A DNA stretch of 64,000 nucleotides, from the NCBI GenBank assembly GCA_034435035.1, contig DAOTXW010000079.1, positions 1,551 to 65,550 on the forward strand, in the 5' to 3' direction. The DNA is from Anaerolineae bacterium. Lineage in GTDB: Bacteria > Chloroflexota > Anaerolineae > Aggregatilineales > UBA3940. Shown in pieces: positions 18,101 to 27,569 of this stretch (the stretch's first letter is position 1; the number at the start of each line of letters is the position of its first letter). Under the pieces are notes generated by a model, which had not been told where the DNA came from, did no database searches, and worked only from the letters and a program-made list of their open reading frames with translations. Both the position numbers and the translations under genes were made by a program.

Positions 18101-20422
18101 CTACACCGGCTCGAGTCTGCCGGAGACGCCGGGCGTCCGAACGCTGGTCGCCCACATCCTGCGGAAGTTAGTCAGGGCGTTGCGCCCGGCAGCACGCACA
18201 ACCTGAAAATCAGGCGCAGCCTGGTGAGGATACAGGATCAGCACCAGGTCGGCGGGGAGTCTAACGCGCCCGGTGAATTTGACAACCGGGCTGCGCTGCC
18301 GCACGCCGTAGCGGGGAGAGTGCCACGCATCCTCCAAAGAAGCACGGAGCGGGAACTCCCCCAGAGGCATCACCAAGAGACCAGCGCCGGCGCTGCCTTC
18401 GCACACAGCTGCGTTGTTGCCGCGATCGATTCGTACAGGCAGGGGGGCGAAGTGAAAGTGCAGGTTGATCTGCACCTCCGAAAGGCTATCCGCAGGATTC
18501 GGATGATGCGCCTTAGACAGGCTGACGTTATCGTGCAGAATCCACAGGCGGGCGATTTTGTCAAACCAGATCTGCCGGTGATGGATCACACTGGGATGCA
18601 GCCGTGAGTACCCGTCGTGGGATGCGTCAAGTAGATCGTAAGCAGGCTGCGATATCCAGCGATGCACCGTTACATGGGCATCCGCCTTCAGCCGAAAGAG
18701 CTCGCCGTTTTCCGGAAAGCCGTTGATCTCCTCATCGCCGATCTGCAGGGTATTGTGATAGGCGGTCGAGCGGAACAGGTTCCGCATTTCAGGGTTGGAG
18801 GTGTAAAGGTAGCTGCCGGGATCGACCAGGAACTGCTGGCTATATGCGCAGACCGTCAGACTGAGCGTGTCATTATGGGCATGGCCACCGGCACCCTGCT
18901 GACCCACTTCGCCCGCGTCGATGGCCATATAAAGATCCTGGTGGCGCATGATATACCATCCACCAGCCTCAAAGCCACGTGAGTTGGCGATGTCGGCTAC
19001 CCGAAGCGCACGGCGGGCGAGCGCCCGTGCCCGCACTCGCATCCCTGGCAGCACCTCCACCCAGCTGTCCATCTCTACCCCTTCAGGTCGGGTCGTTGTA
19101 TGGAGCACCAGATCGGTATAGCGGGCTGCAGCATCGACGGGGAAACACCAGAAAGCATCCTGCCACTCATGCCCGGCTGTCACGGACCAGCCGGTGGCCA
19201 GCGGATCGATATAGCCTGCCCATTCAGGTGACTCGCGCTCTAACACCAGGGATCCCAGCGCCAGCAGATGACGATGATCCCGGGCTGTTCTCACAGGGTC
19301 ACGGTGTACGGTCAGAGGGTGCAAACGCCCATCATCGGCATCGCCGATCTGCGGCGCCAGCCCATCCGGCTGTGTGTAGGCCATAATCACATCAAGCATT
19401 GCTCTAAGCCGGGCAATCGTTGGCTCTGGCAGCGCTATTCCGTTGATCAGCGCCAGCGCCGCCACGCTGAGAACCATCTCCGTCACCAGCCGATGGTAGG
19501 ATACAGACGCCTCATAATCCACACCGTCCGCGTAGATCTGGCGATCCATCTCCTGGGTCAGCCGCGTCAGGGCGATTTCCTTCCAGCGAGCCGCTTCCTT
19601 GAATTCCGGGAATAGGATGCCCAGATAGGCCAGGCCGGCAAGATTCGCGATCAGATGATTGGTGCGCGGCCAGCCATCTTCAAGATGTTGAGCCAGGTAT
19701 TCCCCATGCTGCTTCAGGCTGGCAAGCCACACGGCCAGAAAAGGCTCGCTCAGTGCATCCGATTCGAAGATTGCGTAGATCGCCCAGATCCAGTTCACGG
19801 CCCGGATGGCGACATCCATTGGCCCCGCCCAGTTGACGCCGAATTCATAGGGGTTGCTGGTGATCCAGTGGCTAATCTGAGCGACTAGCTCGGCGGCATA
19901 GCGCTCATCCTGCGTATACAGATATGCCTGTCCCAGCCGAATGCCATGATGGAACCGGCTCAACTCCCAGGGGATCTTGACATCGAACCGCCCGCCGGGC
20001 GACGTCAGGGCCAGTCGGGTATGATGCTCCACCGGCCACCGGTGCCCGCTCTGAAAATCCAGATGCCAGTCTATCGCATCGCCCAGATGCACCTCTCCTG
20101 ATCCCAGCAGATCAAACCGATGGGCCATCACCCGATCCGCCTCTTCAATGGCAAGATCCGCTGCCTCAGGGAAGAACTGCGCGATCATCAAGGCATGCTC
20201 CCCGGCAAGGCTGAAGAAGCGCGGCCGTTTCCGGCGCCGGAATCCACGGGCTATTTCCTCAATGCTGCCACCGATCTCCAAAGTATGAGGCCGGCGTGGG
20301 GCAGTACGGGTGCGCAGTTCACGTACCAGACGCTGCCAGGCAACCCGCGGAAGCTCACGTGGCGGGATCGATTGAGTCTTGATCATGCTGCCGCTCAGTT
20401 CTATCGCATCCTGTTCAGCCAC
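18101..20422 (-). CDS. Heparinase II/III-like (alginate-lyase-type alpha/alpha toroid + beta-sandwich) protein, no signal peptide
   Basis: Family-typical segments WPRTNHLIANLAGL, YADGVDYEASVSYH and GGHAHNDTLSLTV. The N-terminus is hydrophilic, with no signal or TM. GTG start at 20422; ATG alternative at 20386. Confidence 0.75.
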   Translation of the reverse strand: MAEQDAIELSGSMIKTQSIPPRELPRVAWQRLVRELRTRTAPRRPHTLEIGGSIEEIARGFRRRKRPRFFSLAGEHALMIAQFFPEAADLAIEEADRVMAHRFDLLGSGEVHLGDAIDWHLDFQSGHRWPVEHHTRLALTSPGGRFDVKIPWELSRFHHGIRLGQAYLYTQDERYAAELVAQISHWITSNPYEFGVNWAGPMDVAIRAVNWIWAIYAIFESDALSEPFLAVWLASLKQHGEYLAQHLEDGWPRTNHLIANLAGLAYLGILFPEFKEAARWKEIALTRLTQEMDRQIYADGVDYEASVSYHRLVTEMVLSVAALALINGIALPEPTIARLRAMLDVIMAYTQPDGLAPQIGDADDGRLHPLTVHRDPVRTARDHRHLLALGSLVLERESPEWAGYIDPLATGWSVTAGHEWQDAFWCFPVDAAARYTDLVLHTTTRPEGVEMDSWVEVLPGMRVRARALARRALRVADIANSRGFEAGGWYIMRHQDLYMAIDAGEVGQQGAGGHAHNDTLSLTVCAYSQQFLVDPGSYLYTSNPEMRNLFRSTAYHNTLQIGDEEINGFPENGELFRLKADAHVTVHRWISQPAYDLLDASHDGYSRLHPSVIHHRQIWFDKIARLWILHDNVSLSKAHHPNPADSLSEVQINLHFHFAPLPVRIDRGNNAAVCEGSAGAGLLVMPLGEFPLRASLEDAWHSPRYGVRQRSPVVKFTGRVRLPADLVLILYPHQAAPDFQVVRAAGRNALTNFRRMWATSVRTPGVSGRLEPV

Positions 20423-20654
20423 TTATGTGGGACATACAGAAAGGATAATACAGCCGCAACTAGGGTCAGCGGCTGCTCCGACTCACTTCAGGTCATCTAT
20501 TATCCTAAACAATTTCGGCTCTCCGTACCACCAGCCGCCCACCCTCATCCTGTCCGCGCTGTGTGCGCCGGCAAATCCCTTACGGAGCCAGATGCCCCTC
20601 ACCTCCGCATGTGGATGTGCACATTTGCGGTGCGCCGGGGCTGGCAGAATACTG

Positions 20655-21884
20655 CTACGATTCAGGCTGGTTCGCAAAGATCTCTTCGTAAACAGCGGCT
20701 GTCGCCGCCGCATTGGCACGGGCTTCAAATAGCCCACATGCCCGGTGATAGGCAGATTCCCCCAGCAGACGCGCCTGCACCGGGTTAGTGAGGAGACCTG
20801 CCAATGCGCTGACCAGAGCAGCCGGATCGCCCGGGGCTACCAGCAGGCCCGTCTCCCCCGGTACAATCAGCTCACGGGGTCCGCCCACATCGGAGGCTAC
20901 CGCCGGGACGCCCATCGCGGCAGCCTCGATGATCGGGCGTGCAAAGTGCGGCACCGTCGACGGAAACACCAGACAGGTGCTGGCTGCGAGCAGCCGGGGT
21001 ATATCCTCACGGATGCCAACAAACTGGACAGCGCCCTGGACATCAGGACCAGCGGCGTCCAACACAGCCTGTACCCGGCGAGCATATAAGTCAGCGCCCA
21101 GCAGGCGGCGCAGCGGGGCTTTCCAGCCACCCCCGCCGGGCCGAAGGGCCGGGCCGGCCACGATGATCCGCACCCCGGGCACCGCTGCGAGCAGATCGGG
21201 CAGGGCCTGCACCAGCACCAACGTTCCCTTGGGCTCTGCGACCCCGCCAAGCATCAGCACTACCGGAGAATCTTGTGCGATGCCCAATTCCTCCCGAACG
21301 CCTGCGCCATCGATCGCGCGGTCGAAGCGGGTGAAGTCCACAAAATTGTAGATGACCCGAATCCGCGGGCTGGGGATAAGCTGATCGGCGTCATACTGGC
21401 TGATGGCAACTACCCGGTCAGCAAACCGGTCAACCGCTCGACGCAGCAGCGCCCGGCGCAGACCGATCAGGCCCTGCGCGAGCGGTTCGCGGATATGCCA
21501 GACCACGGGCACACCGGCTCTCCACGCGGCTGCGGCGCAGGCAGCCAGAGTCGACGAATTCAGATGCACCAGGTCGGGCTGGAGGTCCCGGATCAGGCGG
21601 CTGGTTCGCAGCGCTGAAGGGGCAAGCCGCAGCAGCTTACCCGGCAGTCGCCACCAATCACGCTCGCCATACCACTCGAGCGTTGTGTGGCTGAAATCGC
21701 TGATGCCCGGTTCAACTCGGACTTCAATATCCTCTGCGCGGTACCGATCGACCACCGGGCCAGGTCTGAGGGTAACCACGACGGGCTCATAGCGTGAGCG
21801 ATCCAAATGTTGAATGAGATACAGCAGGCTGAGAGGCGCGCCGCCGATTTCGCCGCCATGGTGAATGTACAGGATGCGCTTCAC
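20655..21884 (-). CDS. Glycosyltransferase, GT-B fold (GT4 family)
   Basis: MKRILYIHHGGEIGGAPLSL N-terminus; C-terminal FARPIIEAAAMGVPAVASDVGG...GETGLLV. GTGA overlap with the upstream stop at 21881-21884. Confidence 0.8.
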   Translation of the reverse strand: MKRILYIHHGGEIGGAPLSLLYLIQHLDRSRYEPVVVTLRPGPVVDRYRAEDIEVRVEPGISDFSHTTLEWYGERDWWRLPGKLLRLAPSALRTSRLIRDLQPDLVHLNSSTLAACAAAAWRAGVPVVWHIREPLAQGLIGLRRALLRRAVDRFADRVVAISQYDADQLIPSPRIRVIYNFVDFTRFDRAIDGAGVREELGIAQDSPVVLMLGGVAEPKGTLVLVQALPDLLAAVPGVRIIVAGPALRPGGGGWKAPLRRLLGADLYARRVQAVLDAAGPDVQGAVQFVGIREDIPRLLAASTCLVFPSTVPHFARPIIEAAAMGVPAVASDVGGPRELIVPGETGLLVAPGDPAALVSALAGLLTNPVQARLLGESAYHRACGLFEARANAAATAAVYEEIFANQPES

Positions 21885-22852
21885 GCCGCCTCCCCGGAAC
21901 GTGCCCGCGCAATGCGTCGCTGCCGGAGGATCTCTCGGCAGCCATCCCAGTAGCCAATGGCGGTAGCTGCCATCTCAATCAGCCGCGACCAGGTGAACGG
22001 CACTAGATCGCGCAGTCCTCGCTCAGAATAGCCTACCAGCCTGGCCGCATAGATAACTGCCGGGATCACCAGTGCAGTCAGCGCCAGAGTCCCCAGTGTG
22101 GAACGCGCCACGGCCCCCCAGCGCAGAGGCCGGCGTTCCTGGACATACAGAACGTAAGCACCGCCACGTCCACGCCCCAGCCGCTGACGCCAGTACACTG
22201 CGAACTCACCCGGCATCACATGCGGTACCACGATGGAGAAGTCCGCCACCCGCCGAAAATGCTCGGCCAGCCGCCCTCCGAAGATCGCGTCCTCACCGGC
22301 CGTGTTCGCCGCAAACTCTTCGGGAAAGCCTCCTGCCGCCAGCGCCGCAGCGCGGCGGCAGGAGAATCCCTCGGTCCACTGAAGCTGATCGCGCGTGAAC
22401 TGCAGGTTGTAGAGATGCTGCGCCTGGAGATAGCGCGGGAAAAGACTCTCTGTATTGATAACCTCAGAGTCAACCAGAACATAATCCGCCCCGGCGCGGT
22501 AGTGCACCATGATACGATCCACAAAATCAGGGGGCGGCAGGACATCTGCATTCAGGATAACAACGATCTCCCCCCGGGCCGCCTTGAGGCCGGCATTACG
22601 CGCCGCCGATACCCCCGGCCTGTCTCCCTGAGGAATCAGCTGCAGTCCCGGGACTTTCCCGCTGAAGCTCTGCACGATCTCAGGGGTGCGATCTCTTGAG
22701 GCATCCACGACGATCACTTCGAGGGGGCGATACGCCAGGGCTGCCAGGGCCTGCATTGTAAGCCCGATATCCCGCTCTTCGTTATAGGTAGGCATCACGA
22801 TGCTCACCAGCGGGTGGGGGTCTTCAGCCAAATGTATCAGCCTCCCTGCCAC
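21881..22852 (-). CDS. GT2 family glycosyltransferase (paralog A)
   Basis: VSIVMPTYNEERDI, EVIVVDASRDRT and RNAGLKAARGEIVVILNADV motifs, with C-terminal hydrophobic helices. About 70-75% identical by eye to the next gene over the catalytic core. Confidence 0.8.
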   Translation of the reverse strand: MAGRLIHLAEDPHPLVSIVMPTYNEERDIGLTMQALAALAYRPLEVIVVDASRDRTPEIVQSFSGKVPGLQLIPQGDRPGVSAARNAGLKAARGEIVVILNADVLPPPDFVDRIMVHYRAGADYVLVDSEVINTESLFPRYLQAQHLYNLQFTRDQLQWTEGFSCRRAAALAAGGFPEEFAANTAGEDAIFGGRLAEHFRRVADFSIVVPHVMPGEFAVYWRQRLGRGRGGAYVLYVQERRPLRWGAVARSTLGTLALTALVIPAVIYAARLVGYSERGLRDLVPFTWSRLIEMAATAIGYWDGCREILRQRRIARARSGEAA

Positions 22853-23783
22853 GACTCTGGAGGGCCTTTCGATCCCGGGCGATATCCCGGCAGCCGTCCC
22901 AGTAGCCGATCGCCCGGGCTGTGATCTCGATCATCCGTGCCCAGGCGAATGGCAGGATGTCCCGCCAGCCCCGCGACGAGAATTTCGTCAGCCACCGGGC
23001 GTAACGCAGCACCGGGAACAAAGTCATCATGATCGCCAGCGTGCCGATGACGGATCGAGCCACCGCCCCCCAGCGCAACGGGCGCCCCTCATATGCATAC
23101 AGCCGGTAGGCCCCTCCCCGACCACGCCCTAATCGCTGCACCCAGTAGGTACGGAAATCGACCGGGGCGGTATGCCTGACCACGATGGACAGGTCGGCAG
23201 CTCGGCGGAATGGTCGCATCCGTTCGCCAAAGATGACATCCTCTCCCGCGCTGTTGCGCCCGAATGCTTCTGGAAATCCGCCGACGCTCAGCGCCAGCTC
23301 TCGCCGGCACGAGTAGCCTTCAGTCCAGCCAGCCTCCTGCTCGAAATAGTGAGCCATCTTGTATTCGTGCTGTGCCTGGAGGTAGCGGGGGAAGACGCCC
23401 TGATCCGTATTGACAATCTGCGACTGGATCAGCAGGTAGTCTGCGCCTGCGTGGTAATGCGGCAGGATGCGGTCGATAAAATCGGCGTCAGGGAAAACAT
23501 CGGCATTGAGAATCACCACGATCTCGCCCCGGGCGGCGCGCAGCCCGGCATTCCGGGCTGCCGAGACCCCCGGCCTGTCGCCCTGTGGGATCAGACGCAA
23601 CCCCGGAATCCGGCCCGTATATGAAAGCACGATCTCCGGCGTGCGATCGCGCGACTTATCGACCACGATCACTTCCAGCGGACGGTAAAACAATGCCGCC
23701 AGAGCATCCAGGGTGCGCGCAATGTCCTTTTCCTCATTGTAGGTGGGAACAATGATACTGACCAGGGGCTGCTCAGGCATCAT
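22824..23783 (-). CDS. GT2 family glycosyltransferase (paralog B)
   Basis: VSIIVPTYNEEKDI, EVIVVDKSRDRT and RNAGLRAARGEIVVILNADV motifs. Start taken at the MMPEQPLVS Met pair (23783/23780), aligned with paralog A. The ORF-track start 23870 would overlap the upstream gene by ~100 nt. Confidence 0.8.
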   Translation of the reverse strand: MMPEQPLVSIIVPTYNEEKDIARTLDALAALFYRPLEVIVVDKSRDRTPEIVLSYTGRIPGLRLIPQGDRPGVSAARNAGLRAARGEIVVILNADVFPDADFIDRILPHYHAGADYLLIQSQIVNTDQGVFPRYLQAQHEYKMAHYFEQEAGWTEGYSCRRELALSVGGFPEAFGRNSAGEDVIFGERMRPFRRAADLSIVVRHTAPVDFRTYWVQRLGRGRGGAYRLYAYEGRPLRWGAVARSVIGTLAIMMTLFPVLRYARWLTKFSSRGWRDILPFAWARMIEITARAIGYWDGCRDIARDRKALQSRGREADTFG

Positions 23784-25671
23784 GTGTTCGCCCCCTGCCA
23801 TCAATGAATGCTCGCATCCACAGTTCAAGCACGACCAGCGCCCACACGCGCAGATACGGGCCGTTGCCATTCAGGAAGGCCTGGTAGATCGCCCGCACCT
23901 GCTCCGGGCGAAACAGCCCACGGCGCAGGACAGAGGCCTCGGAAAGTGTATCCTCCACGATCTCGCGCAGTTCCATCTGCATCCAAGACGCAACCGGCAT
24001 CTCAAACCCCCGCTTGGGCCGATCCACCACCTCCGGGGGGAGGACATCCTGCAGTGCGTGGGCAAAAATCCACTTGGTGCGCCCTTCGCGCAGCTTCAGG
24101 GTCGGCGGGATGCGCGAGGCGAACTCAACCAGCCGGTGATCGATCAGCGGAACCCGGACCTCAAGCGAATGGGCCATGCTCATCGCATCGGTATCGCGCA
24201 GCAGGGTATTCGCCATATAGTGCTGTAGCTCAAGGCGGGTGAGCTGGATGACCGGATCATGTTCGCCGGGATGTACATAGCGGCTGAGCGTCTCGCGCGA
24301 GGGATCAGGAGCGCCCAAGCCGAAGATTGTATCCGGGGTGTAGAGAGCCAGCTTGGCTTGCTCATCAAACAGGATGCGGACGCGCTCGTAGCGGTCCAAC
24401 AGATCGCCTTCCAGCCAGGTAACGACCCGGCGAGTCGGCGCAAAAGCCGCAGTGATGCCTCGTGCCAGCGCGCGAGCGGGCGACGGGATCCCACGCCAGA
24501 TCCGAGCCGCATGGGCTGCCTGCTGAAACATTCGGAACTGCGGATAGCCCGCAAACAGCTCATCGCCGCCTAATCCCGACAGGGCTACCTTGACATGCCG
24601 GGCAGTTGCCTGCGAGACCAGGTAGGTATTGAGGCCATCGCCGGTGGGCTGATCCATTGCCCGGATGATGGCATCCATCTGGCTCAGCACATCCTGGCCG
24701 GTCACAATGACCTCAGTGTGATCCGTATGGTAGTGGTTGGCCAGTACGCGGGCGGCCGAGCGCTCATCCAGTGTGGCGCCCTCTTGCCCAAAGCCGATGG
24801 AGAAGGTCTTAAGCCGCTCGCCGCTGGCGCGCGTCATCAGCGCGACTACCGCGCTGGAATCGACGCCGCCCGAAAGAAACGCGCCCACCGGCACGTCGGC
24901 GATCATCCGAAGCCGAATCGACTCCTCCAGCAGGCGACGCAGTTCATGTGTTATCTCTTCTTCAGTCATAGGCAGCGCATCCGGCGCCGGGATGTTCCAG
25001 TACTGCCGCAGACTTACCCGCCCATCCTGGTAAGTCAGGCTGTGGCCGGGCGGCAGAGTCTCCACTCCCTGTAGGATGCTATACGGAGAAGGCACCGAGT
25101 AGAATGACAGATAGTGATGAAGAGCCGGGCCATTCAGGGTCGGGCTGGCCAGATCGGTAGCTAGAAGCGCCTTCAATTCTGAGGAAAACGCCAGGGTGCG
25201 CTCCCCGCCAGGAGCGCGGCCCTGCACATAGTAAAGCGGCTTGATACCCAGCCGGTCACGGGCAGCAAACAGCCTGGCCTCCACTGTGTCCCAGACTGCA
25301 AAGGCAAACATCCCGCGGAAGTATTCCACACACCGTTCGCCCCATTGCTGGTAGGCATGGAGAATGACCTCTGTATCGGTGTGCGAAGCGAATCGGTGGC
25401 CAGCGTCGATTAGCAGCGCACGCAGTTCAGCAAAGTTATAAACCTCGCCGTTGTAAACAATCCAGTAGCGGCCTTCTTCGCTGGTCATGGGTTGGTGGCC
25501 AGCCGGCGACAGATCGATGATCGCCAGCCGCGTGTTGACCAGAGAGACCGGCACCGGGTGCGTGGTCACATAGGTGCCGTAATCATCCGGGCCCCGGTGC
25601 CGCATCGCCCGTGCTGCGGCGTCAGCCATCTGCTGGCTGGCGATATTCACAACGCCCCAGATCCCGCACAT
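23773..25671 (-). CDS. asnB: Asparagine synthase (glutamine-hydrolysing)-type amidotransferase, copy 2
   Basis: Starts MCGIWGV (Cys2 nucleophile). Carries FLSGGVDSSAVVALM (PP-loop-like). Collinear with copy 1 (9168-11069). Confidence 0.85.
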   Translation of the reverse strand: MCGIWGVVNIASQQMADAAARAMRHRGPDDYGTYVTTHPVPVSLVNTRLAIIDLSPAGHQPMTSEEGRYWIVYNGEVYNFAELRALLIDAGHRFASHTDTEVILHAYQQWGERCVEYFRGMFAFAVWDTVEARLFAARDRLGIKPLYYVQGRAPGGERTLAFSSELKALLATDLASPTLNGPALHHYLSFYSVPSPYSILQGVETLPPGHSLTYQDGRVSLRQYWNIPAPDALPMTEEEITHELRRLLEESIRLRMIADVPVGAFLSGGVDSSAVVALMTRASGERLKTFSIGFGQEGATLDERSAARVLANHYHTDHTEVIVTGQDVLSQMDAIIRAMDQPTGDGLNTYLVSQATARHVKVALSGLGGDELFAGYPQFRMFQQAAHAARIWRGIPSPARALARGITAAFAPTRRVVTWLEGDLLDRYERVRILFDEQAKLALYTPDTIFGLGAPDPSRETLSRYVHPGEHDPVIQLTRLELQHYMANTLLRDTDAMSMAHSLEVRVPLIDHRLVEFASRIPPTLKLREGRTKWIFAHALQDVLPPEVVDRPKRGFEMPVASWMQMELREIVEDTLSEASVLRRGLFRPEQVRAIYQAFLNGNGPYLRVWALVVLELWMRAFIDGRGRTHDA

Positions 25672-25673
25672 AG

Positions 25674-27569
25674 TCAGTCCTCTCCGCGCCAGCCATCAAT
25701 CTGATAGAGGCGCGCCCGTTCTCCATCGTAGATCAGAGTGGTGTGCGCCTGCAGGAATGCGGGCTGCATATAGAGCGCCTCGTCCTGTCGGCGGGTTTTG
25801 AATATCAGAATGTAACTGATATCGCGCTCATGTAGCGCGGCCAGCAGAGCCTGTTCGTCCACGATTGCCCGGTAGGACAACCGATCTCCCCAGATATCGG
25901 AGACCATCTGCGGTGAGAGATAAAGTAAGTTGTTGGTGTTGGCCGTGAGTACCCGAGCATTCGGTGTAAGCTGTGTATTCAGCACGGTGATGAGATCCCA
26001 GTCGGGGAAATTAGCGCCCGCCACCTCGTCATGCCAGCGCTGCAGATATTCCTGCCGGTCTTCTATCCCCAGCGCAACCCGATAGGCCCCGCTCCAGTAC
26101 ATAACGCCGAGCCACACAATCAGGTTGCCGGCTAGCACCAGCAGGGCGGCGCTACGAAGCACTTTGCCCGTCCACCACGGCGCCTTATCCAGTCGATGCA
26201 ACAGCAGACCCGTCACCACCGACAGAAGCGCCAGTCCCGGCAGAAAGTGGCGCGCGGCCTGTTTGACCAGGAACCATATTACCGAGAAAGCAAAGGCATA
26301 CCCCAGCATCCGCCAGGCAGCGCGCTGCCCGCGCAGGTAGCCCATGATCAGGCCGATCGGGATGGTCAGCAGAAAGATCGGTCCGGCAATGAACCCCAGG
26401 TAGAAACGGCGGCCATGCCCCAGAGACATATTCCACAGATTGGTCAGATAGCCGCCCACCGACCACGAGTAAAAAATCTCAGTCCCCAGCTCGCTGCGTG
26501 GGGAGGTCGTCCCGTTCAGCAGCGGTGCCAGCCAGTCAGCAAATACCGGGTAGAACGGGTTGTGGTGCAAAACCGCGTTGGTTAGGTAATAGGGAAGGGC
26601 CGCCGCCAGGATGGCGATTCCGAAAGCAGCGCTGTTCCGAGCCAGGCCACGCCAGTCCCGCCGGCGAATCAGCCGGGCCACCAGCCAGATTCCCAGCAGA
26701 GCGATGCTGATCAGAGTCTGGTTCTTGGATCCGGCTGCCCACCCCAGGCAAACCCCGGCCACAATCAGCCAGCCGTCAGCACGCGCAGCGCCGCTATCCC
26801 GCCGATCCAGCCAGTGCAGAAAGGCGGCCAACGCCAGCACTTCAAAGAATGCCCAGCCCATATCCACTTTGGCGGACTGGGCAAGGTAGCCGGCATCCGG
26901 CATGGTATAGGCTGCCACCATGGCCAGAGCCGCTGCCGCGCGTCCGAAATATAACCGGCTCAGTGCATAGATGCTCAGGCACAGAAAAAGGCTCATCCCG
27001 AACCCGGTTACCAGCGTGGCCAGACTGAAGCTTGGCCGGATTAGCAGGGCCCAGGCTGAGAGCATCATCATGTTACCTGGCAGTGTCGAAGCCCAGATGT
27101 ATGCCGGCTGAATATAACGCCCTGCGGCAACCCACTCCCGGGGTACCAGCAGATACTGGTTAACCGTATCCCCTTCAATGGGAGGGGCCAGATCCGCGGC
27201 CAGGTTCATAATCAGGAAACAGGTGGCAAGCAGGGCGGCCAGCCTGACAAACCACGAGGCACCGCGCAGTTGGCCCACCAGCAGCCAGATTGCCGTCACA
27301 TCCTGCCGCAGATTGCGAATATGAGCGGCTGCCAGCGCGACGCCGAGCACTACCAGCCCCCAGCCCATTGCTGGCAAAAGCAGGCCCAGTAGCGCCAGCA
27401 CAAACAACGCTGTCACCAGCGTGCCCAGACCCAGTGCCAGCGCAAAAGCCAGATCGGCAGCCCGGCACCATGCCTTCAGCCCGACCAGCGGCCGCAGGGT
27501 GCGCCCAACACCATAAATGGCCAGCAGTATCAGCGCAGCCAGTACGAGATCGGTCAACAGATCGATCAT
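25674..27569 (-). CDS. Large polytopic membrane protein, probable GT-C fold glycosyltransferase
   Basis: About 14 hydrophobic helices followed by a ~130-aa soluble C-terminal domain. The architecture and cluster context resemble ArnT/PMT_2-type enzymes, but the motif match is weak. ATGA overlap at 27566-27569. Confidence 0.5.
   Translation of the reverse strand: MIDLLTDLVLAALILLAIYGVGRTLRPLVGLKAWCRAADLAFALALGLGTLVTALFVLALLGLLLPAMGWGLVVLGVALAAAHIRNLRQDVTAIWLLVGQLRGASWFVRLAALLATCFLIMNLAADLAPPIEGDTVNQYLLVPREWVAAGRYIQPAYIWASTLPGNMMMLSAWALLIRPSFSLATLVTGFGMSLFLCLSIYALSRLYFGRAAAALAMVAAYTMPDAGYLAQSAKVDMGWAFFEVLALAAFLHWLDRRDSGAARADGWLIVAGVCLGWAAGSKNQTLISIALLGIWLVARLIRRRDWRGLARNSAAFGIAILAAALPYYLTNAVLHHNPFYPVFADWLAPLLNGTTSPRSELGTEIFYSWSVGGYLTNLWNMSLGHGRRFYLGFIAGPIFLLTIPIGLIMGYLRGQRAAWRMLGYAFAFSVIWFLVKQAARHFLPGLALLSVVTGLLLHRLDKAPWWTGKVLRSAALLVLAGNLIVWLGVMYWSGAYRVALGIEDRQEYLQRWHDEVAGANFPDWDLITVLNTQLTPNARVLTANTNNLLYLSPQMVSDIWGDRLSYRAIVDEQALLAALHERDISYILIFKTRRQDEALYMQPAFLQAHTTLIYDGERARLYQIDGWRGED

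Noticed and set aside
18101-20422. Heparinase II/III-like gene as part of a polysaccharide utilisation (catabolic) locus
   Set aside because: No signal peptide is visible and there is no adjacent sugar transporter, glycoside hydrolase or regulator. It is embedded among biosynthetic transferases on the same strand, so a biosynthetic or modifying role is favoured.
20423-20654. 232-nt gap inside the glycan cluster as a possible small RNA or missing gene
   Set aside because: It holds only weak -10-like elements (GATAAT, TATTAT) and a 7-bp hairpin (cagccgc...gcggctg) just upstream of the heparinase-like start. The overlapping ORFs (20379-20732 plus strand, 20483-20737 minus strand) lack an RBS and any motif. 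It is most simply an internal promoter or leader, and I could not define it confidently enough to list as a feature.
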